From: a virus
Taxonomy: Duplodnaviria; Caudoviricetes
DNA: 64,000 nucleotides
IMG/VR virus record: IMGVR_UViG_3300012979_000034
Span: 1 to 64,000 of that record
Reading direction: 5' to 3' (one strand)
Shown here: in pieces, positions 27,958-37,458 of the stretch
How positions within the stretch are numbered: the first letter of the stretch is position 1
Layout of the letters: each line of letters begins with the position of its first letter
Position numbers and translations under genes: made by a program
Notes under the pieces: model-generated
Seen by the model: only the letters and a program-made list of their open reading frames with translations
Told to the model about the DNA's origin: nothing
Databases searched by the model: none

Positions 27958-28552
27958 ATTCTTGTAATAGTTTTATACCCTGTTTAATCTTATCATCCCA
28001 GGTAATTTTATAATCCTTACCTAATTCTAAAATACTACTGACTACCTTCTTAGCTTTAGTAGATACAATAGTTACAACACCTTCACCGTCTTCAATACGT
28101 TTCTTTACTGAATCCCAGGCCATATGATTCTTTAGGTCATGATTTGGAAACTCTATATAGTGTTTAAAACCATGTAACATCTTCCATAGTGTATAAGCCC
28201 GGATATCAGATATATCATCAGTACCAGAAATAGAGATAAACTCTTTCAACAGTGAATAATACTGGAACATAGTAGTATCATGGGAGTATATACAACTTTT
28301 CTCAGTAGTTAATATAGACTTTTTCTGTAACTCATCTACTAAAAACTGAAATCTAGTTGAAAGCCTTATCAATTCACTAAGAATACGCTTATTTTCATGT
28401 TCTAACTCAGTCCTAGTAGCTTTTAAGTTACTTTCCATATCCATAAATGATTGTTGTAAACAAGCTGCAAGTACATAAGTAACATTCAACTGAATATTTG
28501 TAATTGATAGTTTAGGGTTAGACTCTAACTCTTTTTTTGTAATCGGTTCCAT
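27941..28552 (-). CDS. hypothetical protein (203 aa)
   Basis: ORF track. Confidence 0.8.
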   Translation of the reverse strand: MEPITKKELESNPKLSITNIQLNVTYVLAACLQQSFMDMESNLKATRTELEHENKRILSELIRLSTRFQFLVDELQKKSILTTEKSCIYSHDTTMFQYYSLLKEFISISGTDDISDIRAYTLWKMLHGFKHYIEFPNHDLKNHMAWDSVKKRIEDGEGVVTIVSTKAKKVVSSILELGKDYKITWDDKIKQGIKLLQEYESRD

Positions 28553-28553
28553 A

Positions 28554-28772
28554 TTATAAAAAACTTTCAGTAACTAACCTATCTGAGGTGGTTGTTTTCA
28601 CAGAATTATTATGAAGTATTAGATTACCACATTTAGGGCAACTTACATAAATAGAATTACTACCATCTCTTAAATTTACATTAACGCAATCCTCATATTG
28701 ATATTCAAATTCTGTATCACATACCTGACATTTAGCAATGAATACCGATGGACCTTTTAAAATCTTCTTCAT
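28554..28772 (-). CDS. small zinc-ribbon protein
   Basis: CQVC...CPKC. Confidence 0.7.
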   Translation of the reverse strand: MKKILKGPSVFIAKCQVCDTEFEYQYEDCVNVNLRDGSNSIYVSCPKCGNLILHNNSVKTTTSDRLVTESFL

Positions 28773-31023
28773 ACTCTTTCATCTCTTTAGAAAAATACTT
28801 AGGATAATCTTTAATACTTATATGTTTATATTTCTTAGCCAGTTCCATATATTCATCAACATTGAAATCAGGCTTTAACATATTATTATAATCATACAAT
28901 GGTATAAATGGTAATTCTTCTGCCATAGTTCTACCTATTTCATAATCCATATCCATTGTAACATCATCTATCTGAAAACCAAAAAATTTCTTAGTTCTTG
29001 GGTTTCTATAGATATTCCACATCGTATATATGGTCCATACATTAATAAATTCAGGCTTACTGTTAAAATAGTTAGCATCATGTACTAAGCAAACTGAATC
29101 CATTTTTGGTAACTTACCTTGCCTCATCATATAATATATTAATATTGAGCCAAATAAACACATATCTGATGCAGCTGATTGACAAGGGAAATTTAAACCC
29201 AATCTTATAGCATAAGCTACCTCATCACTATTGTTTGAATATATTTGTGGTAATCTTCTTTTTCTACCAAACAAAGATTTAAGATAACCGTTTTTCCTTA
29301 AATACTTTTCCTGTTTTTCCTTAAATACCTTTAATTTAGGATGCTCTTCAAAGTACTCATCCATTTGTTTTTGAGCTTCTTCTTTAGAAACTATTAAACC
29401 TGCTTTTGGATCTGATAATTTTACAGCTAGTAAAGCAGCACCAATACCATAAATCAAACCAAACGCTAATTGTTTAGCTTGTTTTCTTCTAGTTTTCCAT
29501 AGTTTAAAATCAGGATGTTTTTCATCTTCATAGATCTTAAGAGTTTCATTATAATCTACTCCATATTTTTTACAAGCAATAGCTAAATGAGGATCTTGAC
29601 CTTCTGCAAAAGCTTTCAGATATGTTTCATCTCCAGATAGGTGAGCCATTATTCTCAATTCAGCTTGGGAAAAATCTGAAGCAAAATATAAAGTTCCTGG
29701 TTTAGCTACTAATTGATTTTTTATATTAGGGTCAACTGAAGTCTTTGGTATCTGTTGTATATTTGGTTCTTGTGAACTTAATCTGCCAGATGTAGTACCA
29801 TGTATTAATAATCTACCATGTAAACAATTATCATCCTGTACTTTTTCATTCCAACCTAAAATATAAGTTTTATACATTTTTTCCAAACCTCTTAATTCCA
29901 TAAGCTTATCTAAAAATATAGCTTTCGGATTATCAGGTTTCTTTACTGTTAATCTTAATTCAACCAAAGTATCCTCAGACGTTGAGGGTTTACCTGATTC
30001 AGTTTTATTTATGGGTTCAAAACCTAAACCATGTTCTCCATACATTAGTAGAGGTAAATCATTATTACTATTTAGGTTGATAGGAGCAATTAATGCTTGC
30101 TCATTTTTAGTAATATATATTCCGGCACGGATATTAGCAATTTTATTCTGCCTACTAGTGATTTTTCTCTTATCTGCTGGATTATTTATATCTAAAGAAT
30201 CTAATTCTTCTTGTATTTTACTTATATATGCCTCTATCCTAGATTGGTTTAAATACTTTTGAAACTTTTTTACTTTTGGTAGATTCATTACCGTATTACG
30301 AGCATCATCTATCTTCGGTTTATAAGTATTGAGTAGTTCCTCATTAAAACCCCTATTTAAATATAAACCAGATTTCTCTACTGAAGTTAATACCCTTGAA
30401 GCAGTCATTATCAGGTTTCTATAAGTATCATACAAACCTAGTGTAATTAACTTATTTTCAAAGAAAATACTTAATCTAAAGGTATAATCAGTATCTTGAC
30501 AGCCATATTTACATAGAGGTTCTAATGGTTTTTCATCCCATGGTATTTTATCAAAGGCATCTTGCTTTTCATAATTACCATGTTCCGGTAAATACCTTTT
30601 GACCATATCTTTTAGTCCATTCGGTTTCTCCTCATTTAGTAAATACTTAGCTAACATACCATCTATAAGTACACCTCTATAGAATATACCATACTTCTCC
30701 ATTATCTGATTATCAAACTTAGCATTCCAGGCTATCTTAGTAATATTCCTATTACAAATAACCTGTTCACCAAAATACTTAAGTTCTTTTAACCAATCCC
30801 AACCTGGTTCAGTATAATCTTTAGTTTCTGGGTGATCTAAGGGTATAGAACAACCCATACCAGGTTGAAATGTTACTGATAAGATTGTTGGTTTAAAATC
30901 CCTATTATAAATTGGTTTAGCATTAGTTTCAAAATCATATGAAGCATATCCAGTTATTTTACAGGCTCTTACAAGTCGTTTCAGTTCTGAATGAGAACGA
31001 ATAATGTGATATTTTGTCTCCAT
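28732..31023 (-). CDS. polA: family A DNA polymerase with 3'-5' exonuclease
   Basis: DFET exo I, DFSQAELR motif A, KQLAFGLIYG motif B, VHD motif C. Confidence 0.95.
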   Translation of the reverse strand: METKYHIIRSHSELKRLVRACKITGYASYDFETNAKPIYNRDFKPTILSVTFQPGMGCSIPLDHPETKDYTEPGWDWLKELKYFGEQVICNRNITKIAWNAKFDNQIMEKYGIFYRGVLIDGMLAKYLLNEEKPNGLKDMVKRYLPEHGNYEKQDAFDKIPWDEKPLEPLCKYGCQDTDYTFRLSIFFENKLITLGLYDTYRNLIMTASRVLTSVEKSGLYLNRGFNEELLNTYKPKIDDARNTVMNLPKVKKFQKYLNQSRIEAYISKIQEELDSLDINNPADKRKITSRQNKIANIRAGIYITKNEQALIAPINLNSNNDLPLLMYGEHGLGFEPINKTESGKPSTSEDTLVELRLTVKKPDNPKAIFLDKLMELRGLEKMYKTYILGWNEKVQDDNCLHGRLLIHGTTSGRLSSQEPNIQQIPKTSVDPNIKNQLVAKPGTLYFASDFSQAELRIMAHLSGDETYLKAFAEGQDPHLAIACKKYGVDYNETLKIYEDEKHPDFKLWKTRRKQAKQLAFGLIYGIGAALLAVKLSDPKAGLIVSKEEAQKQMDEYFEEHPKLKVFKEKQEKYLRKNGYLKSLFGRKRRLPQIYSNNSDEVAYAIRLGLNFPCQSAASDMCLFGSILIYYMMRQGKLPKMDSVCLVHDANYFNSKPEFINVWTIYTMWNIYRNPRTKKFFGFQIDDVTMDMDYEIGRTMAEELPFIPLYDYNNMLKPDFNVDEYMELAKKYKHISIKDYPKYFSKEMKEYEEDFKRSIGIHC

Positions 31024-31048
31024 TAGTTTTATATGTTTGTTATGCTAT

Positions 31049-31074
31049 AATAGGGAAGATTTCTCCTCCCTATT
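31049..31074 (-). terminator. intergenic hairpin
   Basis: AATAGGGA...TCCCTATT. Confidence 0.45.
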
Positions 31075-31090
31075 ATTAAATTGTTTACCA

Positions 31091-31867
31091 TTAAACTAAG
31101 TCGTCAATGTTAGAATTTAGATAATGCCAATCTTTTTTATAAGCATGTAGAGAATCAATTGTATGATATAAATAGCCAGGTTTTATATTAATTTCCCTAG
31201 CAATATATTCCATAAGTCTCCAAGCTAAATATACATCATCTCCAAAGTGCATACAAAAATCTGAGCTCCTTTGGTGATATACTATGTTCAATTGTTTCTC
31301 ACCTCTAGCATTCCATCTGATTAGAAAATCATAATACATTGAACAAGGTATACGATGTTCTCCAGCATAATAATCACTATCAAAATCATGAGGACCAATA
31401 CCATATATACTTAAAACAGCCTTACGAGTACCTGGGTCAGTCTTTAGCAATTGTATAATAGCTTCCAACTTAGTCATCCTAGTACCATTAAATAATACTG
31501 GTTGATTAATACGTTCACAGTATGTATAATCAAAATGACGGTCATTGGTACCTACCAAAAATTGTTCCCACATATCTTCACGTAACTTCCAAGCTTCGCC
31601 AGGATTATTGTATGTTTCATCTGGATCAATTCTCTCCAGGAATTCAGCATCAGCCCATTCTTTAGCCTTTGTATATACAAATAGGTAATCTACATTTTTA
31701 AGTGAAGTTAAACAATACTGTTGACATATTATTTCTTTTGTAATAAAGTCATCAATACCTTCTATCACCTTATTCTGGTAAGTCTTTGGTTTTACTACTT
31801 GACCATAGCTATTGAGTTCTCTGCCCATCTCAGACATTAAATCTCTACAATCTGAATAAATTCTCAT
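31091..31867 (-). CDS. thymidylate-synthase-fold enzyme, dCMP-type (probable dCMP hydroxymethylase/methylase)
   Basis: DPGTRK, IPCS, QRSSDFCMHFGDD (Asp at the E. coli ThyA Asn177 position), SLHAY. Confidence 0.8.
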   Translation of the reverse strand: MRIYSDCRDLMSEMGRELNSYGQVVKPKTYQNKVIEGIDDFITKEIICQQYCLTSLKNVDYLFVYTKAKEWADAEFLERIDPDETYNNPGEAWKLREDMWEQFLVGTNDRHFDYTYCERINQPVLFNGTRMTKLEAIIQLLKTDPGTRKAVLSIYGIGPHDFDSDYYAGEHRIPCSMYYDFLIRWNARGEKQLNIVYHQRSSDFCMHFGDDVYLAWRLMEYIAREINIKPGYLYHTIDSLHAYKKDWHYLNSNIDDLV

Positions 31868-31868
31868 G

Positions 31869-32783
31869 TTACTCTTCTTTATGCTTTAAACTATTTTTAT
31901 GTTTTTTCTTATACAACTTACGCTGTGAAAAAGAGATACAATCCTCTGGATATTCTATATCTTCATATTCTAATAGTAAATCCCTAGCATATAAGGGTTT
32001 ATAAGTATATAGATCAGGTCTAAGTACTTTAAAACTCCTAAAGAATACCTTGAAAGATGAGAATTGTTTTTCTGTACCATTTTGAAACTTATTGAATACT
32101 TCCCATACTTTATCAGTAAATGGGTTTTGTACACCCTTTAATACTTTCTTGAGAGGTTTATAAGTGTGATACATCATCAGGGTTTCTATATTACCATACA
32201 TTTGAGTAGCAAATACATTTACCTGAATAGATTGTTCTGGTCCATATACATATTCAGACATCCTTTGAATTAATAAGAAATCAAATATTAACCTCTTAGT
32301 TATTTCCGATGCCCTCATTATCATAGTAACAACAGGAGTATCTTCCTGGAACCTTTTTGAGAAAGTAGCAGCTATTAAACACTGCTTACCATTATCGTGG
32401 TGGTTATTGAAAGTATAAGTTATGTTGTAATTTTGATTATACTTGTTCTTTAATACTCTAAGCTTAGAACGTAGTAAATCCAGTTTGTTAAAATCAATAT
32501 AATTGTTTAACAGGGAAGTCCATTTAGCTTCTGTATAATTAAACATTCTACCATAATCAAAATCAGGATCAACCCAAGCCTTCCTTATCTTTATAAATAC
32601 ATTGTATGATACAGCTACTCCACTATTAGCTGTAGCTCCAGCTTTAAATAATATTGGGTCTATTCTCAGAAAGGATTCATTTAACTTTTCCCAAGCTTCT
32701 TGTGAAGTTGCGAACTCTAAAGCATGTATATTCTCTTCTGTATTAGTTTCTAGACCCTTTAAAGGTTTATTCCATCCAGACAT
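31869..32783 (-). CDS. divergent thymidylate-synthase-fold paralogue
   Basis: GKQCL, MRASEITKRLIFD (Asp at the specificity position); lacks the RR loop and HxY motif. Confidence 0.6.
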   Translation of the reverse strand: MSGWNKPLKGLETNTEENIHALEFATSQEAWEKLNESFLRIDPILFKAGATANSGVAVSYNVFIKIRKAWVDPDFDYGRMFNYTEAKWTSLLNNYIDFNKLDLLRSKLRVLKNKYNQNYNITYTFNNHHDNGKQCLIAATFSKRFQEDTPVVTMIMRASEITKRLIFDFLLIQRMSEYVYGPEQSIQVNVFATQMYGNIETLMMYHTYKPLKKVLKGVQNPFTDKVWEVFNKFQNGTEKQFSSFKVFFRSFKVLRPDLYTYKPLYARDLLLEYEDIEYPEDCISFSQRKLYKKKHKNSLKHKEE

Positions 32784-33662
32784 TTAATAACCAGTTTTTT
32801 GTCTCCATAAGTTGAGACGTTGTTTTTTAAACATTAATACATATATACTCTCTTGATCAAAACCATTAAGACCCAAGTAACCAAGATATAATAGGAAAGC
32901 TTTTACTACAGCTTCCTGGTAATCAAGTTCTTTTGACATTACCTGTGTTTGCTTCCATGGACGATTCTTAAGCAAATTCCTAGCACAATTCAATTGATAG
33001 ATTACCTGCCACATTAAATATATACCATTGTTAATACGGGAAGGTGATAATGAATGAAACCCGGGAGCATATTGCTTGAATTTATCAAAATCGTTCTGAG
33101 TTTTATTGAACTTACCAGTAAAGATATCTGAACTTACTAACGGGAAACTAAGATGAAGCAAACTATCATATACATCAAAACCACAGTCATTTTGAAGCTT
33201 TATACCAAATGACATCAAATCATTGGTTGAATTTATATCTATACCACCATTAGAATCTGCATAATTAAAAATATCTTCTGGCAATATATTAGAGTATGTT
33301 AGAAGAGCAAAGAAGAATCCAAAAGCATCTGCTTGTTCTTCATTTGCATTTTGAATATGATTTAATACTTGATTATATTCTTTGTTATTGAGCTTATATA
33401 TGTTATAACCAATAGGATTTAAAATCTCATTCAATAGTAAAAGGGACTCATGACCCTCGGTTAACTCTTCTATTATTCTACCTATAAAATCCTTTAGTAT
33501 AACCTGATTCTTGGCAGTATTTATATCAAAAGGGTAAGCTGGTAGATTTTCTATAATACGATAACCCTCTAGCTGTTCTATACCCAAATCAAACATCTTT
33601 GACAGATACTCTTTTGGGTCAGATACCTCTAGAGGGTTTTCTGTAATATTTCTAATATCCAT
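32784..33662 (-). CDS. all-alpha (MazG-like / dimeric dUTPase family) dNTP pyrophosphatase, probable dCTPase
   Basis: EELTE, EEQAD, LKNRPWK, KKQRLNLWRQKTGY. Confidence 0.75.
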   Translation of the reverse strand: MDIRNITENPLEVSDPKEYLSKMFDLGIEQLEGYRIIENLPAYPFDINTAKNQVILKDFIGRIIEELTEGHESLLLLNEILNPIGYNIYKLNNKEYNQVLNHIQNANEEQADAFGFFFALLTYSNILPEDIFNYADSNGGIDINSTNDLMSFGIKLQNDCGFDVYDSLLHLSFPLVSSDIFTGKFNKTQNDFDKFKQYAPGFHSLSPSRINNGIYLMWQVIYQLNCARNLLKNRPWKQTQVMSKELDYQEAVVKAFLLYLGYLGLNGFDQESIYVLMFKKQRLNLWRQKTGY

Positions 33663-34225
33663 TAGTCACCAGAACCAAGTCCATTACTACCTCTGGTACC
33701 CCAAGTAGTAGCCAGATCTTCATATTCTTCTACTGATATCTCTTCCAGTGGTGTAATATAAATAGGTACATGAATAAACTGTAAAATAGAACCAACTTCA
33801 ACAACCTGAGTAGTACTACTAGTATTACAAATACCCAAATGAATTTCACCGGTATAAGGAGAATCAACAATCTCTGCAGTATATACTAAACCCTTTTTAT
33901 AGGATTTACCAGATTTATTTGCAGCCATTAGCATTGAATTTTCAGGCTCTATTAAAACTCTGATACCTGATGGAATCAATACACGTGAATGAGGTCCCAA
34001 GATTATACTGGTTATATATCCGGTACTGTGATTTATTACTGTTCTAACTATACCAACTCCAGTTATATCTGGGCTGATCACAATATCTTCAGCTTGAGCA
34101 TTAGCTGTACGGATATTTTCAATAGTTAAATTACTTGGAATCTTAAAATCCAAACCTGCATCTCCATGATTTGCATAAGAAGGTACTTCAACTTCCCTTA
34201 CCTTACAAAAGCGAATACGATTCAT
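33662..34225 (-). CDS. dut: trimeric dUTPase
   Basis: DAGLDF, NKSG, IVDSPYTGEI, RGSNGLGSG. Confidence 0.88.
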   Translation of the reverse strand: MNRIRFCKVREVEVPSYANHGDAGLDFKIPSNLTIENIRTANAQAEDIVISPDITGVGIVRTVINHSTGYITSIILGPHSRVLIPSGIRVLIEPENSMLMAANKSGKSYKKGLVYTAEIVDSPYTGEIHLGICNTSSTTQVVEVGSILQFIHVPIYITPLEEISVEEYEDLATTWGTRGSNGLGSGD

Positions 34226-34470
34226 ATCTGTTGTAAAATTTTATAATAAGTAATACGTTTTTTGTACTTAAAAGTTATACCTACATTTTCTTCTATAGAT
34301 TTTTTATTCAACTCATCAATCATCTCTTTTACATCTGATTCACCTCTCATGAATAGAGATGATAACCTATCTTCAGCTCTTACATAATAACCTGTATTAT
34401 TCAGATACCTTTTAAAAAGGCTCCAAATATATGGAATAAATATCCTAACTCTTTCCTCTTTCTTCATCAT
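34222..34470 (-). CDS. hypothetical protein (82 aa)
   Basis: ATGA-coupled overlaps. Confidence 0.7.
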   Translation of the reverse strand: MMKKEERVRIFIPYIWSLFKRYLNNTGYYVRAEDRLSSLFMRGESDVKEMIDELNKKSIEENVGITFKYKKRITYYKILQQI

Positions 34471-34844
34471 TTTAATTCTCTATAAATCTTTCTCAGATCC
34501 TTTTGAGGTACTTCAAACTTTTCAGAAGCTTGGTTTATTATATCCTTTCTGTTAACACTTTTACGTTTTAAATTTCTCATAAACTTCTTAATAGCCTGAA
34601 CATCCTCTAAGATATCTAGATCCTTGAAATGTTTTTTCTCATCTAACTCTTTTCTAGTAATGTTTAAATCCTGAGCCATTTTGAAAGCACATAGTTCAGA
34701 ATCTCCACATATTTTACACTCTTTAGTACTTAAATCATACCCTTTTCCAAAACAGGGATCTCCATTAGAACCCAATTGAGTTATATCTATCGGTTCTAAA
34801 GGGTCCTGCTTCTCAAGAATAGGTAGTTGTTGTTTCTTAGCCAT
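34467..34844 (-). CDS. Cys4 motif hypothetical protein (125 aa)
   Basis: CFGKGYD...ECKICGDSELC. Confidence 0.8.
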   Translation of the reverse strand: MAKKQQLPILEKQDPLEPIDITQLGSNGDPCFGKGYDLSTKECKICGDSELCAFKMAQDLNITRKELDEKKHFKDLDILEDVQAIKKFMRNLKRKSVNRKDIINQASEKFEVPQKDLRKIYRELK

Positions 34845-34924
34845 CTTTAATAAAAATTTTGTTATTATATAATAATAGTTTTAAACTTTAGTAGAGAGTA
34901 GGTGTATAGATACAGTTTGACCGG

Positions 34925-35302
34925 TTACCATATCTTGACAGTAAGAAGACCCTCCTTATGAGTATTAATATCATCCAACTCTATCCAAGTATATTGAATA
35001 TCAGAATAGTTTAAATAAAATGGTATCTTTAATGAAGATGGTTTCTCTACAGCCTCTAATAATTTGTTCCTTATAGCATTTAATGCCATATCCAAAGCTA
35101 ACCAAGAAGCATCACTTAAATAAGAACCCATTATTTGATACTGTCTGTACTTAGTAGCAAAATTAAATCCATATTGATACTTAACAGATGAATAACAAGG
35201 GCTAATGTATTGTATATCATTTATATTGATGTAATACATAGTTAAATCCTTATTTAAATCCCTACTATCTACTATATTATCAAAAGTCAATCCTGTTTCC
35301 AT
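34925..35302 (-). CDS. hypothetical protein (125 aa)
   Basis: ORF track. Confidence 0.7.
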   Translation of the reverse strand: METGLTFDNIVDSRDLNKDLTMYYININDIQYISPCYSSVKYQYGFNFATKYRQYQIMGSYLSDASWLALDMALNAIRNKLLEAVEKPSSLKIPFYLNYSDIQYTWIELDDINTHKEGLLTVKIW

Positions 35303-35417
35303 GATATTTATGTTTTAATCCTTAATTTTGTATTAGTTCTCACTTTAATTTCCTCCGGAAAATAAAGTAATACTTATTAGTCTACCCCATAATCTATATG
35401 GTAGTAGGTTTAAAAGT

Positions 35418-35663
35418 CTAGTCTAATATCTTATCAATTATTAGGGATAATGGTAATGCTAATATAAGAATAGGCCAAATTGGTATTATTATATATGAGA
35501 TACCTTCAATAAGTGTATCCTTATATCTTTTAACCTTATTACTAACTAGATATTTATAAATTAAAGTTCCTATAGTTATATATAATATACAACCAAGGTA
35601 AACTGCTAGGATTATCAATAAAGTTTCCATATCAATATCTTGTTTTAAGCCTTGTATTTCCAT
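35418..35663 (-). CDS. small membrane protein (2 TM)
   Basis: two hydrophobic segments; start may be 35630. Confidence 0.65.
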   Translation of the reverse strand: MEIQGLKQDIDMETLLIILAVYLGCILYITIGTLIYKYLVSNKVKRYKDTLIEGISYIIIPIWPILILALPLSLIIDKILD

Positions 35664-35833
35664 TCAAGTTCATCTATCCTTTCTTCCAGTTCTGATATCT
35701 TGGAACGGAGTTGCTCAACCTCGTCAATCAGTTCATTTACCTTATTAGTCAACTGGGTGTTTGTCGGTGGGTATTCACCATAGGTGTTACCATACTGGTC
35801 TGTTTTAGGTGTAAAATTAAGTTTCTCTGCCAT
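35645..35833 (-). CDS. small coiled-coil protein (62 aa)
   Basis: heptad pattern VNELIDEVEQLRSKISELEERI. Confidence 0.65.
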   Translation of the reverse strand: MAEKLNFTPKTDQYGNTYGEYPPTNTQLTNKVNELIDEVEQLRSKISELEERIDELEWKYKA

Positions 35834-35835
35834 AT

Positions 35836-36009
35836 TTATTCCTCCTTTTCAATTAGTTCAATCAATTCTTTATATGCTTCGCATCGATATTTTGCCTCAC
35901 AAGAATTTCTACCATTCCACTCATTATATAATTGCTTTATTTTTTCTATTAACTCTTCTCTTAACCCTTCCTCGATTGCAATAAACGGGTGTTTGTTCTT
36001 CTTTTCCAT
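35836..36009 (-). CDS. small helical protein (57 aa, below the ORF-track cutoff)
   Basis: hand-translated MEKKNKHPFIAIEEGLREELIEK...LIEKEE; fills the gap between genes. Confidence 0.55.
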   Translation of the reverse strand: MEKKNKHPFIAIEEGLREELIEKIKQLYNEWNGRNSCEAKYRCEAYKELIELIEKEE

Positions 36010-37454
36010 AGCTTTTCTAATTGAATAACTTTAAGTTTTTCTTTTTGATAATAGATTCTCCTATGATTCCCGTGTCTTTGTAAATATGGACCTTGGTATT
36101 GAATATCATCAAGGTATACCCTATTTTTAGAAGCATGTGTTCTAACTAATCGGCCTAAAAATTGTATTGACTTTTCCTGGCTATCCATACTAGCTGCATT
36201 AATCATATACCTCAATAATGGGAAGTTCTTACCTCTAGCTACTATGGTAGTAGATATCAATAAATCTACCTTACCTTCCCTGAAGTCAGAGATTATCCTT
36301 TTTCGTTCCTTATCTTTAGTATTAACATGTACCCTAGCAATGGTTAATTTATATTTTGCTAGTTTCTCGTTCAAATAAGAATAAAGATTTTCACAATGAT
36401 TTATATATTTGCATACTACGAGAGCAGGAATCCTGCCATATTTTAAATTATATTCTAATCTATCAGATACAATTTTCATAGAAGTTTTATTATTTGTAAT
36501 CGTATCATCATAGATATCCTTATAATCAACCTTATCTGATTCCCAATTACCTAGCCACCTTTTACTTGGTACCATTTTAACAATAACCTTAGTTGAATAA
36601 CCCATTTTGATAGATTCTGCTAATCTGAATTCTGCTATAGTAGATCCAAAGAAAGCTTCCAAATTTAAGTTCTTAAGTCTATCTCTAATCAACTTACTCA
36701 TATAAATGGTTCCAGACAAACCTATACGAACCCTAGTATTATATAAATGAGTTAACACCTGTTGATAAGACTTATTACCTGCTAAATCTGCCTCATCTAC
36801 TAATACCATGTCTATACTGGTTAATTCTTTTTGATACTGCCTTATATTCCGGGATATGGATTGAACCATACCTATTGAGAAGTTAGACCAATTTTTAACA
36901 TTACCACCTTGTACAAAGGTTATATCCTCATTAGGTAGATACTGTTTAAACTCCTCTCTAGATTGATTTAACCAATCTGAGTCATTTGTTATCAATAAAG
37001 TTTTAAGTTTTTTCTTGAAAGAGTAATATAAAGCTGACATTATCAATGACTTACCAGCATTAACAGTATAGTTAATAACCCCTATGTGAAAATTAGCATT
37101 ACCAACCTTATTAAATAATACTGAAGATACTGCTTTTATTTGTTCTGGTCTTAATTTGTAATTACCTATACTCTTTATCTGAGTATTAACCTCTGGTACT
37201 GGTTTACGAAAATCTTCTATAAAAACATCTAAACCATATTCTTTACACTTATTGTATATTTTTGGTAGTAGCCCTATTCTAAATACACCAGACTTATTTA
37301 TGAAATGAATCATACCATCCCAATTAGGTATTCTCTTTTTTAAATAAAAGGACTGGGGATGCCTTACACTAAATTCATTATATAACTTGTTAGCATACTT
37401 AGCTGGTATGTTTAATTCACACTGATTACAGTTTTGTATTATAATACTTGCCAT
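35961..37454 (-). CDS. SF2 DEAD-box helicase (UvsW-like)
   Basis: TVNAGKS, DEAD, GLSGT, QFLGRLVR. Confidence 0.9.
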   Translation of the reverse strand: MASIIIQNCNQCELNIPAKYANKLYNEFSVRHPQSFYLKKRIPNWDGMIHFINKSGVFRIGLLPKIYNKCKEYGLDVFIEDFRKPVPEVNTQIKSIGNYKLRPEQIKAVSSVLFNKVGNANFHIGVINYTVNAGKSLIMSALYYSFKKKLKTLLITNDSDWLNQSREEFKQYLPNEDITFVQGGNVKNWSNFSIGMVQSISRNIRQYQKELTSIDMVLVDEADLAGNKSYQQVLTHLYNTRVRIGLSGTIYMSKLIRDRLKNLNLEAFFGSTIAEFRLAESIKMGYSTKVIVKMVPSKRWLGNWESDKVDYKDIYDDTITNNKTSMKIVSDRLEYNLKYGRIPALVVCKYINHCENLYSYLNEKLAKYKLTIARVHVNTKDKERKRIISDFREGKVDLLISTTIVARGKNFPLLRYMINAASMDSQEKSIQFLGRLVRTHASKNRVYLDDIQYQGPYLQRHGNHRRIYYQKEKLKVIQLEKLWKRRTNTRLLQSRKG

Positions 37455-37458
37455 AGCT

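Noticed and set aside
31091-31867. Ordinary thymidylate synthase (thyA)
   Set aside because: Asp rather than Asn at the pyrimidine-specificity position; symbol withheld
27506-34920. AACTATTAWTATATA upstream of 27506 and 34844 as a phage middle/late promoter
   Set aside because: Only two AT-rich copies; not distinguishable from background by eye
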